Below, in pieces: positions 52,741 to 62,555 of a stretch of 64,000 nucleotides of DNA. Numbering within the stretch: position 1 is the first letter of the stretch; each line of letters starts with the position of its first letter. Below the pieces are notes generated by a model that did no database searches, was not told the DNA's origin, and saw only the letters and a program-made list of their open reading frames with translations. The position numbers and the translations under genes are program-made. Source of the stretch: an uncultured virus (IMG/VR IMGVR_UViG_3300035428_000406) (Duplodnaviria > Heunggongvirae > Uroviricota > Caudoviricetes). The DNA lies in the IMG/VR virus record IMGVR_UViG_3300035428_000406; one strand, given 5' to 3'.

Positions 52741-53415
52741 TCAGGTTTTTAATGTCCGAGACAAGGAGATTGATCTATACGGATTTATGCTGAAAATCGG
52801 CATAATGATTATGTCGATGTCGTCATTTAGATTGAATAGTGTGGCGCGTGTGCTACCACCAAAAGTGACAGTACATTCAGCACAATCGCAGAATCTCATT
52901 GCCTCAAGAAGCAACTGTAATAGTGAGGCCCTAAAATTTAGCAACCCTATTCGCACAGCGGCATCAGGGGCTATAACTTTTCGTCCAGAGGGTTCAGATT
53001 TTGACAACGACATATAACCGCTGCCGTCGCATACCGGACACTCGAAAACCCTTGTCCAGTGCCTGTATTCCCAATCAACTCTACCGTCTCCGTTACATTC
53101 TTTACAATCCACATCTTCTCCGACAGTAATCATTTCATCTATTAGCGGAGCATAGGAGATAGCATTTTCAAGCGTCAACGCCGTAAGTATCCCGTTGGGA
53201 GTACATGTCGGGAACAGCTTGTTGGTGTTATCGCTATTGTATTGAGGATAATCGGCGGTTGTAAGATACCCGTTGACACGGATAAGTATATGGGTTTCCG
53301 TGGCAAACACTTGGTTTCGTTCACGCCACGGCTTCATGAACTTTGCTCGATCTTCGTCGGTGCTGACAAACATCTGCAATAGTTCATCTATGGATTTGAT
53401 TTTATTTTCGCTCAT
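52741..53415 (-). CDS. Hypothetical protein with DnaJ-type zinc finger
   Basis: CKECNGDG and CPVCDGSG. Confidence 0.7.
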   Translation of the reverse strand: MSENKIKSIDELLQMFVSTDEDRAKFMKPWRERNQVFATETHILIRVNGYLTTADYPQYNSDNTNKLFPTCTPNGILTALTLENAISYAPLIDEMITVGEDVDCKECNGDGRVDWEYRHWTRVFECPVCDGSGYMSLSKSEPSGRKVIAPDAAVRIGLLNFRASLLQLLLEAMRFCDCAECTVTFGGSTRATLFNLNDDIDIIIMPIFSINPYRSISLSRTLKT

Positions 53416-53520
53416 GTTATATAATGCTTTTGAGAAATTGTATATAATTTTCCGAGAAAATTGTATTTAGGTAATGATGAATTGAATATTGAAGTAGTAT
53501 TCCTGATTGAGACGGCGCAC

Positions 53521-53627
53521 CTGCGGAAACCGCCACGGGCTATCTCCATAAGGAATGAAGATAACCCGCTGTTTTGTATCGACGGTTATTCCGTGGCGGC
53601 GCAGCCGGTAGAGCAAGTTGGCTCTAC
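53521..53627 (-). ncRNA. Candidate structured intergenic RNA element
   Basis: Nested inverted repeats (9 bp, 14 bp with G-U on the minus strand, 7 bp, 5 bp) in a GC-rich spacer. Confidence 0.45.
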
Positions 53628-53642
53628 GCTTTAGCGGCGGTG

Positions 53643-54182
53643 TCATGCTCCTGTGTGTCCAAAGCCGCCAGTGCCTCGTTTAGTCTCGGACAATTCCTCG
53701 ACAACTTCAAAATGATCGACACTGGCGACGTTATAAAACGTCATTTGCGCAATGCGAGTACCGGCTTTAATCAGGAATGGTTTTCCCGGTTCATGGTTGA
53801 GTATGATAACACCACACTCGCCCCGATAGTCGGGGTCAATCTTGCCGACGATAACATCAGCGTTAAAGTAGTCGGCCATGTCTACACGGCTGAATAGAGG
53901 GCCGTCGTAGTCCTCTTCGTCTCGTTGAAGTTTTGATGGAGACGGAGACCCCGGCTTGATAAGTTCAAACCCCTCGATACCTTTGGAAGAAAAGCCGGAA
54001 CGTGGCTCAACTTTAGCCTCGACACCTTTCGGAAGTTCCAGAGCGAATCCGAGAGGAATAACCTGTCGTTTACGCTCAATGCAGATGTCACAAGGGACGG
54101 CAAGGTCATAGCCGATTGCGTCCTCGGTCTTTTTGACGGGAAGAAGTGCGTCGTTACGCAGTTTTTTAATTTTGATGTTCAT
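53643..54182 (-). CDS. dut: Trimeric dUTPase with internal insertion
   Basis: AIGYDL, PRSG, GKIDPDYRG, RIAQM, RGTGGFGHTG. Confidence 0.92.
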   Translation of the reverse strand: MNIKIKKLRNDALLPVKKTEDAIGYDLAVPCDICIERKRQVIPLGFALELPKGVEAKVEPRSGFSSKGIEGFELIKPGSPSPSKLQRDEEDYDGPLFSRVDMADYFNADVIVGKIDPDYRGECGVIILNHEPGKPFLIKAGTRIAQMTFYNVASVDHFEVVEELSETKRGTGGFGHTGA

Positions 54183-54189
54183 ACGACGA

Positions 54190-54555
54190 TTATTTAGAGT
54201 TGAGAATTTCGCAAAGCTCATCGGCTTCACGACGGTTAAATTCCTCGTCTTCATCATCGAAGCCTTTGATGAATGTATGGTATTCCGAGCCGTTGATAAA
54301 GCAGCGGCGGAGTACGACCCAACGAGAGCCGCTTGTGCATGGAGAAGCGTAGTATGTCACATCTTCATGGTTCATTACGGAACAGATTTTGTCAAGGCTG
54401 GACTTCAAAGTCTCTTTATCGCCGAAAAGTTCCAGATTATTTAACTTTAAGTCTTTGACTTTGTGACGCAGCCTGCCGTTGATGTAGACACAGCGACCAA
54501 GCAGAAATGCCAGCACAACAGTGAGGCATATTGCGATTGTTGATACGATTGTCAT
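54190..54555 (-). CDS. Hypothetical protein with N-terminal TM
   Basis: 121-aa ORF. Confidence 0.6.
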   Translation of the reverse strand: MTIVSTIAICLTVVLAFLLGRCVYINGRLRHKVKDLKLNNLELFGDKETLKSSLDKICSVMNHEDVTYYASPCTSGSRWVVLRRCFINGSEYHTFIKGFDDEDEEFNRREADELCEILNSK

Positions 54556-54842
54556 TTTGATGAGGTATTTGATTTTTGAACTGACTTCAAAGCGTTGTAG
54601 ACATTTTCTGCATTAGTAATTGCCAATGTTAGAACTTTACAAACGGATTCGGTAACTTGCTTAACCTTCGCCCAGTCCATGTCTGAATCGAAGCAGCTAT
54701 TGGTGATATGTGTGGCAAGTGCCGAGGTTAGGAGCGAAAGTGCTTCGCCGGACGGGAGTGGCTCAATTGCCTTTTCAACTTCTTCCAATGCCTTTTTATA
54801 GGCAGGATTGTCCATTACAGATTTATTCATCTTATTAGCCAA
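54552..54842 (-). CDS. Hypothetical protein
   Basis: ORF in operon; exact start uncertain. Confidence 0.55.
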   Translation of the reverse strand: MANKMNKSVMDNPAYKKALEEVEKAIEPLPSGEALSLLTSALATHITNSCFDSDMDWAKVKQVTESVCKVLTLAITNAENVYNALKSVQKSNTSSK

Positions 54843-54856
54843 AATTTAATGTTGGT

Positions 54857-55717
54857 TTATCGGCGAGACTCGCCGGTTAGAGGTATGACGTTATAAGTTT
54901 TGAAGCGATCTACCAAACGGCCATAAGCGTCTTTGGCGTTGAACATGGCCGTCAGTTTGGCGTTGTCGAGGTTAGTCGTAAGGTGGGCGAACTTGCGGTC
55001 CGATATAGCCATAGTCCACAGTTCATTACGAGCGTGCAGGAAGTCGGAAACAATCGTAAGCGTATCTATGCCGTAGAATGGTCGGTTTTCCACTCCAATA
55101 TCGTTGAGACATAGATGTATGGGCTTAATCTGAAACCCGGTCGAGCCTTCCTCGTTGTATGTGTAGAGGTCGATATTGTTATGCAACGAAAAGTGATTGA
55201 CCATTTGCGTGACAGACACATTCAGGAAGTATCGAGGATTTTTCGTGCGCTTTAGATACTCACTGAAAATTTGCATCATCAGCGTTTTGCCTGTGCCTTT
55301 CTTTCCTTGAAGCATAATGTTCTTATGCAGCTTATAGCCACGGTCGGGGAAGACTTCTTCAGCAAGTGGGCAACCGTTGAAATAAAGCAACAGAAAGCGT
55401 ATCACATCTTTGTTGTGCTCGTCTATCTCGAAGCGTCGGTTTTGAGGCTTCAGGACAATCTCATTGGCGACGTAGATAAGGAAATTCGCGTGTGCGTTGT
55501 AGATGTTCTGGTCGGCGAGATTGTTAGCTTCAAGCCTCGCTTTCTCGTTTTCTTTTTGTGACAAGATGACGAGCTTGTCTATTTCATGCCACGGGGCTTC
55601 TTTCTTACTGTCGCGGCAACGCAGCGTGTGCAACATCGCCTGATCCCATTCGAGGTTACCTGTCGGCTTCTTGCCGTATTTGGCAAGTTCGGTAATTAGA
55701 GTTTGTGGATATGCCAT
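54857..55717 (-). CDS. P-loop ATPase, DnaC-like helicase loader
   Basis: GKKGTGKT, LCLNDIG, TTNL, RLVDRF; follows the initiator. Confidence 0.8.
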   Translation of the reverse strand: MAYPQTLITELAKYGKKPTGNLEWDQAMLHTLRCRDSKKEAPWHEIDKLVILSQKENEKARLEANNLADQNIYNAHANFLIYVANEIVLKPQNRRFEIDEHNKDVIRFLLLYFNGCPLAEEVFPDRGYKLHKNIMLQGKKGTGKTLMMQIFSEYLKRTKNPRYFLNVSVTQMVNHFSLHNNIDLYTYNEEGSTGFQIKPIHLCLNDIGVENRPFYGIDTLTIVSDFLHARNELWTMAISDRKFAHLTTNLDNAKLTAMFNAKDAYGRLVDRFKTYNVIPLTGESRR

Positions 55718-55719
55718 TG

Positions 55720-56523
55720 TTAAATGTCTTTACTGCCGAAGCCGCCTGAATAGGTGTAGTCAGTCGGCGAGTTGTCGGCGATAGTTGCAGAAACGTCGTT
55801 GAGCTTGCCTTGCGATAGCAGGTTGCAGAAATGCCGTTTTGCGTCGGTCACATCGTCATGCTCACGCTTTTCTCGTGACAGACAGTGGAGCTTGAAGTTT
55901 GCGACCTTATGCTTGAATTGTTCTGAAGTTAGGTTATATCTCATGCAGACCGGCTCGCTCCATATTGTGTCGGACAGCATAGCAGCGATGGAGTCGTCGA
56001 GCGGAACAGGCGCGCTCTTTTGCTTGAATACAGGCGCGGGAGCGTCGGCCACCGGCGGCGCAGGTTGAGTGACGACTTTCGGAGCTTTGGGAGAGGGCGG
56101 GGACGGTGGAGTTTGCTTCGCCGGAGCAGGTACTGGGTTATCGAGTAGACAATACTCCGTAATAGCATTTTTGCGGTGCATTTTCGTGCTGATAGCTTGG
56201 TATCTGCGTTGAATACCTTTGCTCGTCAATATGGAAGCCGAATCAAACAGGTCCTTATTGAAGAAATCCCACTTAACCAAGCGTTTTATAATCTGGTCGA
56301 GCAAGTCAGCAGAGACGCCCGGCAACTCTTTGAGCAGTTTGAATTTCAACATTTCAGTCCACTCTATGTAGTAACCGTTGCGATATACCGCACAGAGCAG
56401 CTTGATTGTCGTAATCTCGCCTTTGATACCAAACTCGCCGCTTATGGCATACAACTTTTCATCGGAAAAGAAGTCAACATCAAACGGAAAGTAATCAAGA
56501 CCATGCTTTATTGGACGTGCCAT
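55720..56523 (-). CDS. Replication initiator (DUF4373/Lin1244-like N-terminus)
   Basis: GLDYFPFDVDFF, ILTSKGIQRRY motifs. Confidence 0.8.
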   Translation of the reverse strand: MARPIKHGLDYFPFDVDFFSDEKLYAISGEFGIKGEITTIKLLCAVYRNGYYIEWTEMLKFKLLKELPGVSADLLDQIIKRLVKWDFFNKDLFDSASILTSKGIQRRYQAISTKMHRKNAITEYCLLDNPVPAPAKQTPPSPPSPKAPKVVTQPAPPVADAPAPVFKQKSAPVPLDDSIAAMLSDTIWSEPVCMRYNLTSEQFKHKVANFKLHCLSREKREHDDVTDAKRHFCNLLSQGKLNDVSATIADNSPTDYTYSGGFGSKDI

Positions 56524-56525
56524 AA

Positions 56526-56921
56526 CTAAATCTCTTTTATTGTGATACCATGCACCAACAACATCAACTTACGTTTGATGATGTATTCGGGAGTGTGAAA
56601 GCCTTTTGTGTCCTCGACTACGGTTTGCCCGGTGGCATTGTCGATATACACGAAGTCAGCCTTATACCGTACAGGCTTTTCCTCTATCCCCTCGCAGTTG
56701 ATCTGCGAGGGGATAAGGAGATAAACCACCTGTTCGCGTAAGTCAGAAATCAGGCCGGCTTTGAGCAGCAGCTTCAACTGTTGTGCGCGGTAATACTCTT
56801 TCTTTGAGTCGTAGCCGTTGCACTTTTCAGCATGATACTTGCTTTTCTTCTTGCCGGTTCCTGATTTTTGTTTCTCTGCGAGAGCACGGAATTGTTCAAC
56901 CGTCAGCTTTTCCCGTTCCAT
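56526..56921 (-). CDS. DUF1064-like PD-(D/E)xK nuclease
   Basis: YDSKKE, YKADFVY, VEDTKG. Confidence 0.8.
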   Translation of the reverse strand: MEREKLTVEQFRALAEKQKSGTGKKKSKYHAEKCNGYDSKKEYYRAQQLKLLLKAGLISDLREQVVYLLIPSQINCEGIEEKPVRYKADFVYIDNATGQTVVEDTKGFHTPEYIIKRKLMLLVHGITIKEI

Positions 56922-57357
56922 TTGTTGAAGACAGCTTTGCCGGATAAATATCTATGATTTTTGTCTCGGCAACCTTTTCGATCTCGAAGTCGGCCATAGT
57001 TCCCTTCATGCCTTTGTTGAAAGTGTCGGTAGCTTCCTGTTGGCTGTCGGCCTGTACCATGACATAAACAGCCGTCCGGCGTTCCTTTGCCGACTTTTCA
57101 TCAACAGTGATGATGTTATACTTGACAGACCACCATTTATCGGCGCAGTTGTTGAAGAAAATCTCCGCGATATTGGTTTTCTTAATCGCTGGTATGCTGA
57201 AATCGCCGCTGATGTAGGGCTTGCACTCTTCGATTATGCGTGCTTCTGCCTCGGTGAAGCTGAGGGCATCGACAAGGTAAGATTCGGTTACTTTTTTTAC
57301 GGAGCCGTTCTCCATCATCTTGTCGAAGCGTACTTTACATTCAAACCACAGTGCCAT
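56896..57357 (-). CDS. DUF4494-like protein
   Basis: WFECKVRF, YLVDALSFTEAEARI. Confidence 0.8.
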   Translation of the reverse strand: MALWFECKVRFDKMMENGSVKKVTESYLVDALSFTEAEARIIEECKPYISGDFSIPAIKKTNIAEIFFNNCADKWWSVKYNIITVDEKSAKERRTAVYVMVQADSQQEATDTFNKGMKGTMADFEIEKVAETKIIDIYPAKLSSTNGTGKADG

Positions 57358-57359
57358 AG

Positions 57360-57641
57360 TTATGCCTTGGAATTAAGTTTGTCTTTGAGTTCTTTGGAAA
57401 GCACGAGTTTGGCGGAGCGGTGGGCCGGTATAACCATAGGTTTGTCAGCACCGATGTCGCGGCCAATCTTCTCGGCCTTTACAACAGGTTTGATTGTGGC
57501 AAACCCACGGAGTGTTACCGCCTCGCCACGAGCGAGAGAGTCGGATATTGTGCTGATAACGCCCTCGACGGCACGAATGGCCGATGAACGATGAAGGCCA
57601 CAGTTGTTAGTCAAGTGGTCGATGATGTCTTGCTTTGTCAT
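57360..57641 (-). CDS. HU-family DNA-binding protein
   Basis: MTKQDII, GEAVTLRGFATI, GRDI, IPA. Confidence 0.88.
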   Translation of the reverse strand: MTKQDIIDHLTNNCGLHRSSAIRAVEGVISTISDSLARGEAVTLRGFATIKPVVKAEKIGRDIGADKPMVIPAHRSAKLVLSKELKDKLNSKA

Positions 57642-57808
57642 TTTTCTGATTGTTGTTTTTTAAGTTTACGGTTTATCTTTTCTTTAAGCTGATTGATAGC
57701 CCATGCGTGTGTGCTATTACGCAGTCCTTTCTTGGACTTGTATTGCTCGATAGCAATATCAAGGCATGTCAGGATACGTTCAATATCTGCATTGCTAATT
57801 TCAACCAT
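57638..57808 (-). CDS. Small hypothetical protein (56 aa, not in ORF track)
   Basis: MVEISNADIERILTCLDIAIEQY...; fills the gap with overlaps at both ends. Confidence 0.55.
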   Translation of the reverse strand: MVEISNADIERILTCLDIAIEQYKSKKGLRNSTHAWAINQLKEKINRKLKKQQSEK

Positions 57809-59204
57809 AGTCCATGAACATGTTTACCAACTCATCGAAATACAGTTGGTCGGTTGGTACGTCGTCGTCAGTGCCTAATATCTGATTGGCGATTGACTTT
57901 TTATCGTGGATAATCCGGTAGAGTTTATGGTCGATAGTATGCTCACCGAGCAAGTAATAACACGTCACGTTCTCTTTTTGGCCTATGCGGTGACAGCGGT
58001 CCTCGCACTGACAGCAGTCGGCATAAGTCCACGGAAATTCCACAAAAGCCACGGAAGACGAGGCCGTCAGGGTCAAGCCGACACCTGCGGCCTTGATAGA
58101 ACAGATAGCGAGTTTGGAGTGTCCGCCCTGAAAGCTATCCACAGCCGCCTGTTTCTCGACAAGGCTTTCACGGCCTGTAATAGTGACGGCTTTTGGAAAT
58201 TGTTTTTTGAGAGCGTCCACAATATCGTGATAGGAGCAGAAGACAACCAGTGGCTTGTCGTTGGCAAGATGTGTCTTGATGAAGTCCACGGCCTGTTTAA
58301 CTTTGCCTTTGGCGGACAAGGAGCGCAGAGTCATGAACTTTACCAACGCTTTCATACGCATTTTGCGGCGTATCTCCACGTCGGTACACTCGGTGTATTC
58401 TTCGAGATAGCGGCGCAGATCGTTCTCTGCAACGTCGTATTCCTCGCGGTTGCTGATGTCAACGTATAGATCGACGCGTGTCTTGTCGGGCAAGTCGGTC
58501 AATACCGTTTTCTTTTCGCGGCGTATCATGCACTTGTCGTAGAGTTGACGCGATAATTCCGAGAGGTCACTGTCTTTATCGCCGTAGTCGGTCAGGAACT
58601 TGCCACGACCGCCAAACTCCGTCAGCCGCTCCATAATCGAGAGCTGCGCAACGAGGTCGTGCGGACGGTTGACGACAGGAGTTCCGGAGAGCAGCACGAT
58701 ATACGGTTTGCCGGTGGTTATGCCTTTTGTGAATATTGTTTGCTGTGCGCCGGGGTCTTTGACGCGGTGGCTCTCGTCGATGATAACGGAGCGGAAGCGT
58801 TTTATATCAGGGCAGAAAACAACATCTTTCAATCGGAATGTGCCGTTGGCCTTAATATCCCACACGAAGTATTTGCGTAGGCTCTCGTAGTTGACAATGG
58901 CAACCTGATACATTCCCATTTGAAGCAGGTATGGCCACGTCGTTCTTGTGGAATTATCAAGGACTAACGCTTTCTTATCGGTAAACTTTTCAAACTCGCG
59001 TTGCCAATTTATCTTCAACGAGGCAGGGCAGATAACCAAACAGGGGTAGGCATTGGCGCAGTCGGCAATACCTATGCTCTGCAAGGTCTTTCCAAGCCCC
59101 GGCTCGTCGCCGATTATCAATCGCTTTTTTTGCAAACCGAAAAGAATACCGTCGCGCTGATAGGGGTAAGGCTCGACACGGAGATTATGTTTTAGTTCGG
59201 GCAT
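57801..59204 (-). CDS. SNF2-family (SMARCAL1-like) helicase
   Basis: GDEPGLGKT, IIDESH, SGTP, QCEDRCHRIGQ. Confidence 0.9.
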   Translation of the reverse strand: MPELKHNLRVEPYPYQRDGILFGLQKKRLIIGDEPGLGKTLQSIGIADCANAYPCLVICPASLKINWQREFEKFTDKKALVLDNSTRTTWPYLLQMGMYQVAIVNYESLRKYFVWDIKANGTFRLKDVVFCPDIKRFRSVIIDESHRVKDPGAQQTIFTKGITTGKPYIVLLSGTPVVNRPHDLVAQLSIMERLTEFGGRGKFLTDYGDKDSDLSELSRQLYDKCMIRREKKTVLTDLPDKTRVDLYVDISNREEYDVAENDLRRYLEEYTECTDVEIRRKMRMKALVKFMTLRSLSAKGKVKQAVDFIKTHLANDKPLVVFCSYHDIVDALKKQFPKAVTITGRESLVEKQAAVDSFQGGHSKLAICSIKAAGVGLTLTASSSVAFVEFPWTYADCCQCEDRCHRIGQKENVTCYYLLGEHTIDHKLYRIIHDKKSIANQILGTDDDVPTDQLYFDELVNMFMDYG

Positions 59205-59407
59205 AGTCGATAATCCTTTCCTTTGAGCGTTGGCAGACGGCTCTCGACGTGCCGTTTAATCTTTGAAAGAGAGAAAACAGGCACACCGAAAGCGTCTATA
59301 CTGTCGGCCAACAAGGTTGACACACGCATGGTATGGACAAACTTGTCGCCGAGCATGATGTCAAATTCAATATACTTTCGCATAGTCAATAGAGATTGAA
59401 GCACCAA
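59192..59407 (-). CDS. Hypothetical protein
   Basis: ORF in operon; likely start MRKYIEFD. Confidence 0.5.
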   Translation of the reverse strand: MVLQSLLTMRKYIEFDIMLGDKFVHTMRVSTLLADSIDAFGVPVFSLSKIKRHVESRLPTLKGKDYRLCPN

Positions 59408-60048
59408 TACTGAAATGCAAGCTCCTCGTATTTCTCGCGGCCACGATTGTATATCTCATCGCCTCGCTCGATGAATTTTTTGAATATCCGGCAGTTCTTT
59501 TTGCTGATAGCATAGATAAAATCGCGGTTTGACCGTGCGATGTCCATGTACCATGCACGGGAGCGATCCCAGTCGAAATAATCAACGGCCTCATCAAATT
59601 CGGCCTGTGAAGCGGCAAAGGTGGTTTTGAGGTCTCCACCGAAGTGAAACATTTTCAACCACCAATCCCACTTACAGCGAGTATCGAGAGTGAAGGGGAA
59701 GTCGCCATACTCAAATTGCTGGTCATGATTTACCATGAAGCATTGAGTGTCGGATTCTGCCAACACCTTTGCGAGAAACGGGTCCCGACGAGCTTCCATG
59801 CGCAAAGCCTTGTGCATTTCGCGAGCGTGGCGAAACTCGTCCTCGTTATACTGAACATCATCGACAGTCAGGCGGTAGTAGTTAACGCGTGACGGTTCGG
59901 TGATAATAGCGTCGACGAGATTGCCGAAACGGAAAGCAGCCTCTTTATTCCCGAATTGGATACGGGGGTGGAGAATGTTTTTCAGTTCGGTAAGGTCAGA
60001 GTTGGAAACCTCGCTACGATTGTAGTATTCATCGGGGTTGTGGTTCAT
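59386..60048 (-). CDS. RecE/ExoVIII-like PD-(D/E)xK exonuclease
   Basis: SNSDL, FGNLVDA, RCKWD, DLKTT; near recT. Confidence 0.75.
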   Translation of the reverse strand: MNHNPDEYYNRSEVSNSDLTELKNILHPRIQFGNKEAAFRFGNLVDAIITEPSRVNYYRLTVDDVQYNEDEFRHAREMHKALRMEARRDPFLAKVLAESDTQCFMVNHDQQFEYGDFPFTLDTRCKWDWWLKMFHFGGDLKTTFAASQAEFDEAVDYFDWDRSRAWYMDIARSNRDFIYAISKKNCRIFKKFIERGDEIYNRGREKYEELAFQYWCFNLY

Positions 60049-60049
60049 A

Positions 60050-61255
60050 TCACTGTGCCTTTACGTCGTCGTAATATTCGAGGCCGGCATTTTCTACGAA
60101 TACGCTTTCTTTGCTCGCGAGCTTCTCGCAGAAAGTAACTTGCTTTTTGAAAATCTTGGCAAGTTCTTCGACGGACAGGGTGCAACCCTCGCGCTGCCAC
60201 CACAGCGAAACAATGCCGAGAAATGCGGACGGGTCGTTAACCTTGATTTTCTTGCTTACCTTGGCTTTTGGAGTGTAGACCTGTTCGGCTTTTGCCATGC
60301 CGAAAAGCCCTGCCATTTCAGCGTTGGACTTGTCGAGTTCGGCTTTTTGCTTGGCCTCGGCTTCTGCTCGCTGTCGCTCCTGTTCCTTTCGTGCAGCTTC
60401 CTCGGCCTCACGCTTCGCCATTTCGGCCTTGAGTTGGGCAGCCTCGGCAGCATCAGCAGCAGCCATGCGCTCAAGTTCTATTTTCTTTGAGGGTAGTTTG
60501 TCAAGTATCTCGCGGCGGTATTCGTCCACCTCGAACACAAATTGTTCCTCAAAGCTGGGTAGCAGTTTTCGGAATACTTCGTTGCGAATAGCCTTTGCCT
60601 CGTCGGGCGATATGTTATAGGGCAGACGCACGGCCGACGGCGGACACCAGTCGGCAGGGAGCGTGGACTGATAGCCCGTAACGGTATCGAACACGGCTGT
60701 ATAGTTGTCGAGGTTTACCTCGCTGTTCATCTTGGTAAGCTCATTGATAGAGCCGGTGACAAGATTGTTGAACGAGCGTCGGTAGTCCTCCTCGACGTCG
60801 GCGCGATAGCCCTCTTTGGCTCTGATAAGCTCCTGTGCGGCGAGTTCGGCCTGACGGCGGCGTTCCTCTTCCTCGCGTTTCTTGGCGGCATAGGCGTTGC
60901 GGTATTGCGCGATACGATAGGGAACAGTATCTTTCTTTGTCGGGTCGATAGAGTTTTCGAGTATGGTAAACTCGGAGCGCACCTGATCGAACAGTTTTGT
61001 TACAGGCGAGCGACGTTCGTTCATGGCTTTTACCGTGCGGCGTGTTTTCTCGATAAAGACAGCGAGACGGCGGTCGAGGTCGTCACTCATGCCGCAACGC
61101 TCAATCTCGTCGAGCAGTTGTTGGCCGGCCTCGGCGCAACGCTGACTTGACAGGGCGTTGGTTTGGTACGACTGTGGACCGGCCTGAACAATCGTAGCGA
61201 TGTTTTCCTGACGCACGATAACAGCGTCGGGAACAGGAATAAGTTGGTTGCTCAT
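60050..61255 (-). CDS. Coiled-coil protein of the recombination module
   Basis: ~400 aa, E/A/R rich; start MSNQLIP. Confidence 0.7.
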   Translation of the reverse strand: MSNQLIPVPDAVIVRQENIATIVQAGPQSYQTNALSSQRCAEAGQQLLDEIERCGMSDDLDRRLAVFIEKTRRTVKAMNERRSPVTKLFDQVRSEFTILENSIDPTKKDTVPYRIAQYRNAYAAKKREEEERRRQAELAAQELIRAKEGYRADVEEDYRRSFNNLVTGSINELTKMNSEVNLDNYTAVFDTVTGYQSTLPADWCPPSAVRLPYNISPDEAKAIRNEVFRKLLPSFEEQFVFEVDEYRREILDKLPSKKIELERMAAADAAEAAQLKAEMAKREAEEAARKEQERQRAEAEAKQKAELDKSNAEMAGLFGMAKAEQVYTPKAKVSKKIKVNDPSAFLGIVSLWWQREGCTLSVEELAKIFKKQVTFCEKLASKESVFVENAGLEYYDDVKAQ

Positions 61256-61308
61256 GTTGGTTGGATTTAGGCCGTGCCTACCCACGAGAGGCAGACACGG
61301 CAGGGTTT

Positions 61309-62271
61309 TTAAAATGTTTCGTCGTCGTTGTCGGACTGTGAGGGGTCAACGGTAACACCTGCCGACGTGTCGGGCGCAGGTGCAAAGCTTTCGGTGGGCG
61401 CAGATGCGGGGTACTGTTGTTGGTCGTCGCCTGTCATGCCATAGAAGTCATCGTCCTGTCGGGGTGCTTCGTCAGCCTCGTATGTTGTACCCCTGCCGAT
61501 ACGCAGTTTCGGGTAGGTCTTGAAAGCGTGTTTGATACACTTGGCCATAAGGAAGCCACTGTCGATACGGTTGCCTTCGCCCGATGAATACAGGGCGTTG
61601 GGCACTTCGACGTAAGCCCTTGCGTTGTTATCCCACTTCTTGTTGGCCTTGCCCGAATAACCGGCGAGGCGTCGCCAATCTTCTTCGAGCATGACAGCGT
61701 AGTCAATCGAGCCGTCGGCGCGAGTAATGCGCATGAAGCAAGCGACGGGACGTTCGGAGTTGTGGTTGATGTTGAGGGTGTATTCTACCGACTTCGTGCC
61801 GTTGTGGTCGGTAAAGCTGAATCCGTCGCCCTCGTAGACAATAACGGGGTTGTCGGCATGGCGTATCTGCCCTGCGCGTGTGCGCTGTATCAATTCGCCG
61901 TAGCCGGAGATTGTAAGAGTGCAGCGTTGCTCATAGATGTCTTTGCCGTTAGCGTCCTTTGCGCCGGTCTTGTAGCCTCGTGGCTGGAGATAGGCAAGGG
62001 CACGCGTTCCCGGCTCGACCGAGAGGCCGCAGACGGCGAGGTCGATAAACGCGATGAATATAGACACCGGCGTACAGGCTTTGAGGTTTGCACTGTCGGC
62101 CAGTAGTCGGTTGAAGTGGATTGCTTCGCGCTCATAGGTTGCTTCGGCGTTAGCTTCGCCCCACAGCGCACCGTAAAGGTCGATGAAGCGTTGGCGCACA
62201 AGATCGTCCTTGACGATTTCCATCGGCTTCAGAGAAGCGACGTGTTGTGCAGAAACATTTACTTTGCTCAT
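61309..62271 (-). CDS. recT: RecT-family ssDNA annealing protein
   Basis: CTPVSIFIAFIDLAVCGLS, ISGYGEL, VYEGDGF, MAKCIKHAFK; acidic tail. Confidence 0.8.
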   Translation of the reverse strand: MSKVNVSAQHVASLKPMEIVKDDLVRQRFIDLYGALWGEANAEATYEREAIHFNRLLADSANLKACTPVSIFIAFIDLAVCGLSVEPGTRALAYLQPRGYKTGAKDANGKDIYEQRCTLTISGYGELIQRTRAGQIRHADNPVIVYEGDGFSFTDHNGTKSVEYTLNINHNSERPVACFMRITRADGSIDYAVMLEEDWRRLAGYSGKANKKWDNNARAYVEVPNALYSSGEGNRIDSGFLMAKCIKHAFKTYPKLRIGRGTTYEADEAPRQDDDFYGMTGDDQQQYPASAPTESFAPAPDTSAGVTVDPSQSDNDDETF

Positions 62272-62327
62272 GTTGAGTGTTATTTAGTTAAAAAATCGGG
62301 TTGTCTGTTCGGAAGTATCACGTTTAG

Positions 62328-62359
62328 AAAAAAAGCCGGCCCCAACTCGTGAGGCCGGC
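62328..62359 (-). terminator. Intrinsic terminator upstream of recT
   Basis: GCCGGCC-N11-GGCCGGC-TTTTTTT. Confidence 0.8.
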
Positions 62360-62397
62360 ATTACCTAAACATGAGCAGAATTGAAATAATCCTACTG

Positions 62398-62475
62398 TGG
62401 ACGGTGCCGGAGTCGAACCAGCCTCTCTGCGTCAGCGCGCCTCAGCAGTGTTTCAGCCAAGAATACTAACCGCCC
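62398..62475 (-). ncRNA. tRNA-like RNA 1 (no recognisable anticodon loop)
   Basis: Acceptor GGGCGGT/ACCGTCC, T arm GCTGG-TTCGACT-CCGGC; D and anticodon arms aberrant. Confidence 0.6.
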
Positions 62476-62477
62476 GG

Positions 62478-62508
62478 AAAAACCGTCCACGCTTCACAGC
62501 GGAGACGG
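62478..62508 (-). terminator. Terminator-like hairpin between tRNA-like RNAs
   Basis: CCGTCTCCGC-TGTGAA-GCGTGGACGG-TTTTT. Confidence 0.6.
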
Positions 62509-62555
62509 CAAGAACATTGATTGAATGTGGTTAGGAATTGATACCTATTGTGGAT

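Noticed and set aside
61271..61301. Hairpin downstream of recT as member of a shared-loop hairpin family
   Set aside because: Loop sequence and orientation are not consistent with the other hairpins; probably an mRNA stability element
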